64,000 bases of DNA from positions 4,504,784 through 4,568,783 of the forward strand of contig CM121341.1 of assembly GCA_051530055.1 (NCBI GenBank), written 5' to 3'. Below, in pieces: positions 11,340 through 23,900 of this stretch. The DNA comes from Neoechinorhynchus agilis. Its lineage: Eukaryota > Animalia > Acanthocephala. A model generated the notes under the pieces. It did not search any database. It was not told the DNA's origin and saw only the letters and a list, made by a program, of their open reading frames with translations. The translations under genes were made by a program, and so were the position numbers. Every line of letters starts with the position of its first letter. Positions within the stretch are counted from its first letter, which is position 1.

Positions 11340-12030
11340 TTTGTGAAGACATCCCACTTCCGATGAGAACCTACCACCCACATCGGCGACGGCGACCTAC
11401 TTTCTCTGTTTTCGATTAGTCCTTGTATTTCTCCGTCCACCACTATGGCCATTGTCCCGTTTATCCAAAACAACATCCCGTCGTTCAATAACGGGGATAT
11501 CACTCTCCTCAGTCTCCTCCATTTCCTGCATCATACTCAAATGTAACCCCGTCCCCGATTATACGCCTTCCCCACCTTCCTCGCCCTTCCCGCCAATGCT
11601 CTCCATCTTCAAACCCATTCACAATTTTCTTCCTTCGTAAACACCCGTAACCCCAACCTTTTTCATCCTTCCATCGCTCGTACCATCCTCTACCAAAAAT
11701 CTTTCTTCCCTCAAGCCCAATCTTTCCTTAATAACCGGAGAACAAGGAAAGACTCCTAATCGGTCATCTCCTTTACATAGCCTCGGATCGCATTTTAACA
11801 CCCCTTCAAAAACAAGTCCCATCTCCCTTGCCTTCAACATCCGTCATCCTTACATCGTTTAGCAAAGATAAATGCTGGCAAGTGTGTGGATCCTGCATTT
11901 CTTACATAAACAAAAACGTGTGTTTATTACCCTCAAAAATATCGGACGTAATAAATTCCTCACCGTTTTTATCCACTTCACCGACTCCAGCATTATCTTT
12001 CCCACAATGCACCGTCCAGTATTTTCCCTA
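11340..12030 (+). mobile_element. Possible degenerate LINE 5'/APE fragment
   Basis: C-rich coding-like composition similar to the 60-62 kb LINE; CGSCISYINKN resembles an APE motif. Weak. Confidence 0.3.
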
Positions 12031-12218
12031 ACTGAACTAAATGTTTCTAATCTAAAATTAATAAAGAACTTATTTTTTGACTCGTAAGCTACTATTTTTG
12101 AAAATCAGTCTAGCATGAGCGAAATAAAGTTTGATCATAAGTAAAACGGACCATTTTCTCCATAAAATAATCTTTAAAACCCAAAATAATAATTTTTTCT
12201 TCAAAATGCACAACACCT

Positions 12219-12790
12219 TCACTCTTCTTTATGTTCGTCACTATCTTCAGCCTTCGAGTCTTCATGGAGAAGGACGTATTCTCGAGTACTAAATGCGAAT
12301 CGAATAACATCCTTTTCTCTTAATTCATAAAAGCGCTGAGGTTCAATCTTCTCGTCATTTAGAAAGGTTCCATTTGAAGAGTTTAGATCGATAATATAGG
12401 GCAGAATCCGTCTTCCATGGCTACCATCGGCTCGGTCGAATTGAACAGATCTGTATTGCAACACGGCGTGTTGACTCGAACATGACGGATGATCGATTGG
12501 AATGTCAGCTACTAATCGATTTCGCCCGAACAAATACGCACTTTGTCGATGCACTGAGTAGAAAGGGATATTTTGCCCTTCTTTAAAAGGATAAAGTCTC
12601 CATCGTTTTCGAGGTCGTCTTGCTTCATTTGGTTGCGAGTATTTTATAACAATACCACGGTAGGTATTAGTGTCTCGAAGAAGGTTACCAGTCAAGTCAA
12701 AGTTAACGCCATCATTCGTCTTTTCTTTTTCCAAATCGGCTGAACGTGGACCCCATTCGTATTTGGCCCTTGGTGGCGATTGGCGAATAT
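12219..12790 (-). CDS. SNIP1: SNIP1/Pml1-like FHA-domain protein (5' exon structure uncertain)
   Basis: WRLYPFK, SAYLFGRNRLVADIPIDHPSCSSQHAVLQYR, PYIIDLNSSNGTFLN, ELREKDVIRFAFSTREYVLL. Confidence 0.88.
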
Positions 12791-13013
12791 CTTAAACGTT
12801 TTTCGGGCAATAAAATACGATTCTAAGTTCGTTTTTGCAATAGTAGCACTCGTAAAATCAATTAAATTTTTAGGATTTTCTCTCTCTCGAACAAATCACA
12901 AAACCCTCTTTTTTGCCTAAGTGGATCCCATTCGTATTTGGCCCTTGATGGCGATTGGCGAATATCTTAAACGTTTTTCGGGCAATAAAATACGATTCTA
13001 AGTTCGTTTTTGC
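12752..13013. repeat. Local duplication of ~87 bp at the SNIP1 5' end
   Basis: 12752-12838 is nearly identical to 12927-13013. Confidence 0.85.
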
Positions 13014-13232
13014 CTTCATCACCTCGAGGATCCAACATTGCTTTTCTAAATCGCACAACTGATTTTCTCATAAAAATATTTGGCTACAAACTATTTTCAA
13101 AAACATTGGTTAAACATTCTGCGATGTTTGGTCGGACAGCACCGATTATTTTAATGGTGAGAGGGTTTTAAAAATGTAGATATATTTAAAGATTGAATTG
13201 TTCACTTTAGAAATCTGGCACCCGGTTTAGAA

Positions 13233-13620
13233 TTGATCACTCTTTACCGGCTGAGTCTTCTAGGGAGCTGCGTTTTTGATTCTATTGTGGAAAATGAAAT
13301 CGACCATCTACTATCGAACATCACGATGCTGTGCGATAGAGTCCGGGGACTTTCGTCACACGAGGCTCTATTCCTGATCAAGAATACCCTCTTCATCCCG
13401 AAACTACTTTATAAACTGCGAACGGCTACCTTGTTCAATCACGTCGATAAGTTAAAGAAGCTCGATGACATTGTGAAGGCGTGTCTCGAGCACATTTTAA
13501 ATATTCAACTATCCGACGAGGGCTGGCTACAAACAGTAGATGTGTCGTTGCTCGCGTTTTTAGGATCATTCGAAGGGAGTCGGGATTTGGTACCAAGTTG
13601 TTCAAAACAAATCCGTATCC
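13233..13620 (+). mobile_element. CRE internal fragment (post-RT region)
   Basis: LLGS, HEALFLIKNTLFIPKLLYKLRT, ILNIQLSDEGWLQ align with the 87-2186 ORF. Confidence 0.8.
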
Positions 13621-13709
13621 ATTCTCGAGACACCGCCTAAACACTCCTCTGAGGACATTCCTGCTGGAAATGTATATTGGGACCCAAGTTATGTTTAGCG
13701 GACGAATTT

Positions 13710-16700
13710 CTAGTAGGGGGTCCAGGAATATGTCAATGGAACAGGCGGCTGGGCCAAGTTCTTTTCCATCTGCGGTTCTAGGAGAGGATCAAAATCACCA
13801 TAATACTGGCGCCAAGCGCGATTATAAGACAGCACCGGACCACCTTCATCATGCATAGGTTGAGGAAATTTCTGCCAAAAAACAGCATACTCCATCCTAC
13901 CATGCAATGCAACCTCAATAGCTGCACCTTCCGTCAGGGCTGTAACTAGCGCTCTTGTAGACCAAGTCCTAGTCTCAGATGTTTTACGATACCATTTCAG
14001 TGATTCAGCAACGTCCGTCAAACTCATTCTCATGACTGGAGTGCCGCCAAGATATGCAAATTTTAGTTTCAAGAAAGACACATCAGAGGCTTCCATGAAT
14101 GAAAGTTCCTGCCCTTTACTCGCCCATATTTGCCGAACCATTCAACTGGTTGCAGCTTCGCCACTGTTGGTTCAACACTTTTTTCAAGCGCCGCAATATG
14201 ATCATCGCCAAATGTAGCTACCCGAACTCCGCGAAAACTATGCAAACCGTCGTTTGGCTCAACATAATTGCATAAGCCAATGAGTTATAAAGAGCTGTAA
14301 GATAAGACCCCGAGGGCATACCAGTAGACAATCTATAAACCAATGTATCGGCCACTCTTTCACATTCTCAGTCTCTGCGTGGAATACTCATCTTCATACC
14401 AATCGTTTACACACTCAGTAATCAGATAGAAAACCTCATGAGGAATACACCTGTCAGAGGCAGCAGGTACAGATACCGATCTCCACTAAGTCCACAATAA
14501 TCAAAGAGCGCCGTAACGTCAAACCGATTCAAGTACATACCAACCTTTACGGGTATGACAAAGTCCGAAAACCTACCAAAATAGCGTTTTAATACCATAT
14601 TCATATGGATTGGCAAAATGGAAAAAACTCTCGTCTTTCCCATTTGCACCTTCGTTAATGGTAATCTCTCATCTTTCAAAAAATCCAACACTTTCATGTC
14701 AATAAACTCATCATTGACCAACGCCCTTTCAACCTGATAACATGCCTCCAACAAGTCCGGATGAATCCATTTTTCTTCTTTGTTGATTAGATTTCTTCGA
14801 TTACCGTGTGTTTGGGTTCACGGAAAACCAACACCAGCCTTAGAGTCGAAACCCTTCAACCGGCTGTTTCCGTCTACGCCAAACACTACCTCATCATAAT
14901 CAATAGGAGCTCTGTTCGTTAAAGGAAGTGGCTTATAAAAAGCAAAAACATAAGCCTGTCCTTCATCCAATGCTCCTTGAGCTACCGCCTTATATGAAAA
15001 GAAATTCTTTAAAGAAATCTGCAAAGGCGTTAAACCATCCGCCATCTGCCAACGGCGTGAACGGCTCATCCAATCTTGCCACAACCTCCATTGGGCAGAC
15101 AACGTCCGTATCAATAAAGAAGTCATCCATTCGCGACTGAGGCACGTAATCCTCCATCACAAATGCATCCGCCTTTTCGTTCCAAACCGGCTATGTGGAT
15201 GCCAATTGTTTTCCAGGTTCCGGCAACCTTGGCAAGCAGTGGCGAACCACAATCACCTTGAGATGTGTAAGAAATTCAGCCGGTACGCCTTCCATAGTTA
15301 TCGCATCGATGGGACATAATCGCAAGACAACCATACGTTTGATATGGGTGAAGTTAGCATCAAAGAGTACCAACTCACCTTCACCCTCAACCCGGTCAAG
15401 ATCTGAATCACGAATAATCGCGTTGATATTTGTTGGAAATTGACGAACTCCCTTCAACAGACTCACTCCGGAAAGATCAAGATATGCTACATGGTTTTCA
15501 GGGCACATTATGACATCCACTTCAGAAAAATGAATCAAAATTGTTCCAGATTTATTATCGAACGGAAAATGGGTGTTTTATTTGTTTATTGCTTCAAATT
15601 TTCGACGCCTTGCGTCGTCGTCAGGAAGCTTTTCTTCGGTTGTCTGAAAAGGAATCAGAGGAGGGCAACGCTGTCCGTCAGCTCATCCCAATAAACATGA
15701 GGGTGTTGGGAAAAGAGGCTTTCCATAATATTAATCAAAATTGTGTCAAGCCAGGGAAATGAAAGCGAGAACCATGTTCCGTGATCCGGAATAAGATGCA
15801 ACGGAACAACAATTGTTCTTGGCCCTATTGCCAAAGCATGACAATTTCCCGCCTCTGTAGAAACCTTCGCGATCGACTTAGACAAGTTATTGATGATATC
15901 AATCAGAGACAAGTCGGCCTCAGGCTTCATTGCTCTGGTCACAATTTTCTTTGGAGGCGCCACTCTTCGATACGAACTCTTTTTAACCGGCTGAAAATCG
16001 TGCTCGGCCCCAGACCTTGCGGGTATAGTCTGTTTGTCCATATTAACAGGCAAAACCATATCCCCTTCAGTCCAATCGAGTTTATCTTCAGCCTTCTGCC
16101 AAGATGTAAGAAGTTTCTTCATGCCCCCAAGCATGCTTTTCAAACCATCTATAAACTGGTTTTTTGCTCCGACCATAAACTCAAAAACTCTTCTTACAAC
16201 ACCATTCCCATGCATCTTGAAATTTTTGATTGAGATTAGAAGCTCCTTTTTGGAGCGGCCGGAAAATCCAATAACACGAGCCAAGACGCACATGGGAGCA
16301 TCCTGTATTGGAACAAAGCTAATCGTATTTTTGGCATCATCAACTAACCAAACATATCCAGGGCCACTCTGTGTGTCCACATACCAGCCTTGTAGACCAC
16401 AGATGTCCAGGCCAAATTGATTGACTCATCCATCTTTTAAAAGGAAACATTGTTCCACTCTATATGATAACCAGAACGGCTTGCTACCCTACCTGTGGGT
16501 GTCAGAATATGATGCAAATCTTGAGATGTAAAGTTCCACACTGGCTCTAATGGTGTTGCTGGTGGCTCAGATGCCTCTTCATTCCACATTATACCAATAC
16601 TGATGATGTTCCATTTCTTTCTTGGGATTTTAGAGTTCTCAGGTTGCTACTTTCAGATAAACGCTTTAAGTCGCCCTCCCACGTTCTCAAAAACCAAACT

Positions 16701-18850
16701 TTCGTTCAATATCAACTAGAAACACTCTTGTATGGTCCGATGACACCAGATACACGACCCTTTCTTATGGCCAACATTCCGAAGTTTCCAAAGAACACAC
16801 TCATAACAGTCTTTCATACCACAAGTCACATAAAGATCTTGATAATGTTTCTCGTAAGTCCGACGATCCACAATATTTTTCTCCTATACGCCAACCAGCG
16901 GCATCAGATCCCATTGAACTCTCTATCTCGGAAGCCCTGCTGATCAACCGTAAATTGGGTAGTGCGGTCGGGTGCAAGTGGGGATCTCGGCCGCGAACGG
17001 GAAAACCTGAACCGCCGAGACGAATTGACAGGGAGCATGGACCTCATCAAGGAACCTGAAGAAGGCGTGAGGCGCCGAAATATCGGATTCAATAAAAGAT
17101 TGTGTGTGTGTGTCCCTCAACGTCCAAAAAATCAAAAACCATATACATGAGGATACACAATAAAGAGGCCTTCAATCAGCTTAACTTCTTAGTGTCACAT
17201 AGAGCGCAACGAACCTGCGCATCCTTGTACTGCGGTGTCTCAAATTTTTGTGTCTCACCCATCATACTCATAATCTCCTTGATCTGAGGAATACGCTTAT
17301 CATCGTCCTCATGGACGTTCGCGATTAATGCCGATTGAGAAGAGTTCCGAAGAAAACAAGGTAAATCGCCGTTGCCCAATTGTGAACTGTAGAGAATCTT
17401 TATCAACGCATCAGCATTGACCAAGACATCACCGACCAACCCTTCGAGTTGAGAGAATCCAACATTCGAGGTAATATAAACGAAATCGGAGCTGAAGAAT
17501 AGCGTTCCTTTAGCTGAACACTCAGCTACATTTAAGGGATATGCTGTTTCGTCTCCCATTCGTATAACATTTAACACCTCGTTCATGACAATGGACCGAT
17601 CTCGTGCCTAAAGAAAATCTTGAAGTTCAAACACCCGTTGGTAGTTGTACGTATCAAAATAGCTACTATTTGGGTTGTAGCTATATTTATCCACTGATGC
17701 ATTGTACGGCAATGCATTCAGGGCAGCGTACACATCATGTAACGAATGATCCGCCAACACAGATTTACCCTCGCCGGGCGGTCCTGAAACATATAGAACA
17801 ACTGGACTGACCTTGCCTTCAGTCCCCCAAAACGAGCCCCGATTGGTTATTATCATAGCCTCTAGATCATGCATCACTCGGCCAAACCAGGCCTGCACAG
17901 AAGCATGAGCCCCACTTGCAATTAACTGTTTTTGGAGCTGTTTTCCACGCCTGTAATGCACATAAATCTTCGTAAGCCTCTATTCCTGTGACTCATATTT
18001 TACCTCACTTCCATCAGGCGACTCCACTTGATCCCCAAGCAGCCAAAAAACGACATGACATGATCCAGAATCCAGGTTACTACTGCCAAAAACCTTTCAC
18101 CTGCCGATGTAATAGCCAATAAGTCTTTGGACGTTGCCGCCAACTTGGGAAACGTCTTTCCGTCACACCATTTACCGAAAAAAGTCTTTGCGTTCTTTTT
18201 CAAGAACTCCTCTGGATTTTCCAAGGTCTCTTGGTGCCGTTGGATTCTAACGCCACCAGCCTCGTAAGGCAAATACCCAGCAGATCTATACTGGTTCTCT
18301 GTGCCTCCTACTGCCAAACTATTCCAAATTATGGCAGATGCATCTTTAACATTCTCCTGTAGGCAATCCGGTGCATCCACCACCTCAAGAATCTCTCTGG
18401 GCCTAGCCTGATAAGGCTTTTTATTATGAGAATGTCCAGCATAAAATCGATCATAGATATCATGCCGAGTATTAGACTCTCAATCCCTATATTTTCCAGC
18501 CTGCGAAATATTATCCAAAATGGACACACAAAACCCCATACCAGGCATCCAAGAATGTATTATTCAACGTACCGCGGATAAGGAAATTAAACGCAGTATG
18601 CAGACCAAGAATTATTGATGGCTGAAACTCAACGTCCTCACCATCTCTTTTGACCAAACCTAGGGCTTGCCTAGTATTCCGTAATATCTCATATGCGGGC
18701 AAATCCCAAAACAGCCCGATGATTAATTCTTTATACACTCGCTTCAGCACCCGTATACGCTTCCCACGCAGTATCATCAAGCACTGACATAACCGATTCT
18801 GCCGATGACTCCAAACTAGATGCAATGCTTTGAAAGACCGTTCCAAACTT
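13710..18850 (-). pseudogene. Endogenous picorna-like virus non-structural polyprotein (SF3 helicase, 3C-like protease, RdRp), decayed; may extend to ~19790
   Basis: GPPGEGKS 17761-17784; YITSN ~17465-17480; GDCGS 15243-15257 and GIHIAG 15186-15203; FLKDERLP and KTRVFS; GMPSGSYLTA..YNS ~14280-14325; TFGDD (GDD 14201-14209); FLKLKF. Order is Hel-Pro-Pol. Confidence 0.9.
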
Positions 18851-18860
18851 TTCCACTAGT

Positions 18861-19501
18861 CATTCAATTTTAGTCAATCCCTTTAGTTGTCCGGCTTATT
18901 TATTTAGGCATAAAGCCAAACCAATTACATCAGAGAAGTGATATAACCGCATTGTCTCTGATGCACGATTAAGAGTTTGTACATCTCCGTCCGGATCCTC
19001 AGATACCTCCCGGGGAGGCGGGGCTCTCATTTGTGAGCTTCCTCCTTTCAACGAGGTATTTCGTCCCCTTTTTGGTACGGATTCGGACCACTTAACCCCT
19101 AATCGGGATCACGGGCATTAGTCCACTTGACCACCTCGACACAACTACGAAATGTCAAACTCAGCCAGTTCATCGGCTCAGGGTGAGCGCTGTGTTCTAT
19201 TTTTTTAAGTTTTTACTGGCAAGCCGAGTGGACTAATACCCGTGATCCCGATTAGGGGTCAAGTGGTTCGAATCCGTTACCACCAATGACGCACAACCAA
19301 AGGGGACGAAATACCTCGTTGAAAGGAGGAAGCTCACTGATGAGAGCCCCGCCTCCTCGGGAGGTATCTGAGGATCCGGACGGAGATGTACAAACTCTTA
19401 ACCGTGCATCAGAGACAATGCGGTTATATCACTTCTCTGATGTAATTGGTTTGGCTTTATGCCTAAATAAATAAGCCGGACAAGAAAGGGATTGTCTAAA
19501 A
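18861..19501. mobile_element. Head-to-head inverted dimer of the tRNA/hammerhead repeat with 12-bp TSD
   Basis: Minus copy 18861-19226, plus copy 19227-19501; TTTTCCACTAGT at 18849-18860 and 19502-19513. Confidence 0.85.
19265..19275 (+). promoter_or_regulatory. RNA polymerase III B-box (tRNA T-loop)
   Basis: Exact GGTTCGAATCC followed by ..ACCACCA; the A-box TGGTCAAGTGG is intact in the adjacent minus copy. Confidence 0.6.
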
Positions 19502-20954
19502 TTTTCCACTAGTATTAAACAACCCAAAGACTTGAGGTTGATAAACCTCGACCGGTAATTTACAGAGACATTGTTTCTCTAACATAGCTCACTCACACAA
19601 TCACTCGCACAATTTACAGCACAAGTCAATTTCGAAAAAGCCACCATTTCGAGCAAGTCAAATAAGGTTTTTGAAATAATAGCTTTAAGAATTTGGTTGT
19701 ACGAGTTCAAGAAAATAAGTACCGAGAAAAAATCGTTCCAAACAAGAAATCCAAACCAAAGTTCAGCAATCCATGTTAGCAACGAATACACGGTGGAAAA
19801 TTAAAAGAATTTATTAAATCCGATATTTCGGCACACATTGTGAGCCCTTTAATTTTTAAGCTATAAACAAGCAACGAATACCGTTCAATACACGGAAGAA
19901 TCACTAAAATGCTCTCAAAGAATGTCTAAAATGTTCAATATTGAACAGAAAAAGAACGGCTTAGCCAAAACCGGGTTACACGGAAGAAAGCGGCGGAAAT
20001 AAAGGAGAATTTGCCTTTCAGAATGTTTAATCTTACTAAAAGAGCTAAAAAAGAGACGGAAAATGATCGGAAAGGTTTCGTCATCAACGAAGAAGGCAAA
20101 CTCGTTTTCCCTGTGCCGGCGAAAGAGGTAACAAACGTCGAATTAAAAGATCGACTTCATCACTTGAACTGGCTTAGCGGAATCAAAGCGAACGCTGAAA
20201 ACTCCATAAAACTGTGATTATTGTTTTATGTTTCTAATAAATTTAAACAAGCAATACGCTTTTACGTGATTCTCTGAACGTAGATTATCTTCTGAATGTC
20301 CTAGCGGAAAATAGAGTTCATTTATAAAAATCATGGAATGTGTAAGTTTCATTTTGTAGCTTATCCGAATTGTTATCGATCCCAGATTGTTCAGTGGTTA
20401 TGTCGGAGAAGGTTCGATTCATAAATTCAAGATTCAACGGTCGAGTGTTCAAATAGAGAGTTTTTGGGACGGGTAATTCAAATGCCGCTTTCGCGAACCC
20501 GGGACGGTTTTTTTGTCAATCGGGCGCTTAAACAGTTTATGGGTTTCTCGCGAATAATTTTTCAATTCAATAAAATATTTTTTATCAGATTAGCCTGTCT
20601 GAAACGTCGGATTTCTTATATGTAAACGTGATTGTTTGATAAGAGAACAATATTCCGATTCGTTGTATGTTCGAGTCGAGTTCTCGTTTTGATCGTCGCT
20701 CAAATTCGATTTACGACTAATTTCCTCGATTTTTAGATCGTATATTAAAGGGCAAAAATGCGTCTTAAAGATTCGAATGAAGTATATAGAATTAGAGATA
20801 AGAAACGATAAAAAGCTAAAAAGAGATCTTTAGGGAACATTGTATTTGATTCCGAAGCAGAAATATAAATAAATGAGTTTTAGTCGTCGTCGTCGTCTAA
20901 TATCTGGTTTAGCAGATAATCCTCGTCGGAGTCTTCTTCGCTGTCGCACTGGCT

Positions 20955-23900
20955 TTTTTGCCATCCCGCCTCGGATTTAAGTTCACTAATCTATATTTCC
21001 TCGATATTTCGTCGGATATTTTAAATTTCTATTGAAAAGGCAGCGTTGCTTTAGCTTAGAGAGGATTCTAGTGGACAATGAGTCCAGGAACGGCATTCTG
21101 ATGAACATTTTGCCCGAGAATAACCAGTGTCCGTAGCATAAAGCTATGATTTTCGTGTTTTAGATGACAAACCTTGGAGAAATGTCGGAATTATCCGTAA
21201 ATTAGGCGGGATGAAAAAACTACAAAAAAAAGAAAGTAAATAATTTGGATTATTATCTTCGAGGTAAATGAATACTTTCTTTTTTTGCCATCCCGCCTCG
21301 GATTTAAGTTCACTAATCTATATTTCCCCGATATTTCGTCGGATATTTAAAGTTGTCATTGAAAAGGCAGCGGTGCTTTAGCTTAGAGAGGATTCTAGTG
21401 GACAATGAGTCCAGGAACGGCATTCTGATGAACATTTTGCCCGAGAATAACCAGTGTCCGTAGGATAAAGCTATGATTTTCGTGTTTTAGATGACAAACC
21501 TTGGAGAAATGTCGGAATTATCCGTAAATTAGGCGGGATGGAAAAACTACAAAAAAAAGAAAGTAAACAATAATTTGGATTATTATCTTCGAGGGAAAAT
21601 ACTTTCTTTTTTCCCATCCCGCCTCGGATTTAAGTTCACTAATCTATATTTCCTCGATATTTCGTCGGATATTTAAAATTTCTATTGAAAAGGCAGCGGT
21701 GCTTTAGCTTAGAGAGGATTCTAGTGGACAATGAGTCCAGGAACGGCATTCTGATGAACATTTTGCCCGATAATAACCAGTGTCCGTAGGATAAAGCTAT
21801 GATTTTCGTGTTTTAGATGACAAACCTTGGAGAAATGTCGGAATTATCCGTAAATTAGGCGGGATGAAAAAACTACAAAAAAAGAAAGTTAACAATAATT
21901 TGGATTATTATCTTCGAGGTAAATGAATACTTTCTTTTTTTGCACTCCCGCCTCGGATTTAAGTTCACTAATCTATATTTCCCCGATATTTCGTCGGATA
22001 TTTAAAGTTGTCATTGAAAAGGCAGCGGTGCTTTAGCTTAGAGAGGATTCTAGTGGACAATGAGTCCAGGAACGGCATTCTGATGAACATTTTGCCCGAT
22101 AATAACCAGTGTCCGTAGGATAAAGCTATGATTTTCGTGTTTTAGATGACAAACCTTGGAGAAATGTCGGAATTATCCGTAAATTAGGCGGGATGAAAAA
22201 ACTACAAAAAAAGAAAGTTAACAATAATTTGGATTATTATCTTCGAGGTAAATGAATACTTTCTTTTTTTGCACTCCCGCCTCGGATTTAAGTTCACTAA
22301 TCTATATTTCCCCGATATTTCGTCGGATATTTAAAGTTTCTATTGAAAAGGCAGCGGTGCTTTAGCTTAGAGAGGATTCTAGTGGACAATGAGTCCAGGA
22401 ACGGCATTCTGATGAACATTTTGCCCGAGAATAACCAGTGTCCGTAGGATAAAGCTATGATTTTCGTGTTTTAGATGACAAACCTTGGAGAAATGTCGGA
22501 ATTATCCGTAAATTAGGCGGGATGAAAAAACTACAAAAAAAGAAAGTAAATAATTTGGATTATTATCTTCGAGGTAAATGAATACTTTCTTTTTTTCCAT
22601 CCCGCCTCGGATTTAAGTTCACTAATCTATATTTCCCCGATATTTCATCGGATATTTAAAGTTGTCATTGAAAAGGCAGCGGTGCTTTAGCTTAGAGAGG
22701 ATTCTAGTGGACAATGAGTCCAGGAACGGCATTCTGATGAACATTTTGCCCGAGAATAACCAGTGTCCGTAGGATAAAGCTATGATTTTCGTGTTTTAGA
22801 TGACAAACCTTGGAGAAATGTCGGAATTATCCGTAAATTAGGCGGGATGAAAAAACTACAAAAAAAGAAAGTTAACAATAATTTGGATTTTTATCTTCGA
22901 GGGAAAATACTTTCTTTTTTCCCATCCCGCCTCGGATTTAAGTTCACTAATCTATATTTCCCCGATATTTCGTCGGATATTTAAAGTTGTCATTGAAAAG
23001 GCAGCGGTGCTTTAGCTTAGAGAGGATTCTAGTGGACAATGAGTCCAGGAACGGCATTCTGATGAACATTTTGCCCGAGAATAACCAGTGTCCGTAGGAT
23101 AAAGCTATGATTTTCGTGTTTTAGATGACAAACCTTGGAGAAATGTCGGAATTATCCGTAAATTAGGCGGGATGAAAAAACTACAAAAAAAGAAAGTAAA
23201 TAATTTGGATTATTATCTTCGAGGGAAAAGAATACTTTTTTTCCCATCCCGCCTCGGATTTAAGTTCACTAATCTATATTTCCCCGATATTTCGTCGGAT
23301 ATTTAAAGTTTCTATTGAAAAGGCAGCGGTGCTTTAGCTTAGAGAGGATTCTAGTGGACAATGAGTCCAGGAACGGCATTCTGATGAACATTTTGCCCGA
23401 TAATAACCAGTGTCCGTAGGATAAAGCTATGATTTTCGTGTTTTAGATGACAAACCTTGGAGAAATGTCGGAATTATCCGTAAATTAGGCGGGATGAAAA
23501 AACTACAAAAAAAGAAAGTAAACAATAATTTGGATTATTATCGTCGAGGGAAAATACTTTCTTTTTTCCCATCCCGCCTCGGATTTAAGTTCACTAATCT
23601 ATATTTCCCCGATATTTCGTCGGATATTTAAAGTTGTTATTGAAAAGGCAGCGGTGCTTTAGCTTAGAGAGGATTCTAGTGGACAATGAGTCCAGGAACG
23701 GCATTCTGATGAACATTTTGCCCGAGAATAACCAGTGTCCGTAGGATAAAGCTATGATTTTCGTGTTTTAGATGACAAACCTTGGAGAAATGTCGGAATT
23801 ATCCGTAAATTAGGCGGGATGAAAAAACTACAAAAAAAGAAAGTTAACAATAATTTGGATTATTATCTTCGAGGGAAAAGAATACTTTTTTTGCCATCCC

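Noticed and set aside
13710-18850. Contaminating live RNA virus sequence
   Set aside because: It has many stops and a TSD-flanked host repeat insertion, and is embedded among host genes.
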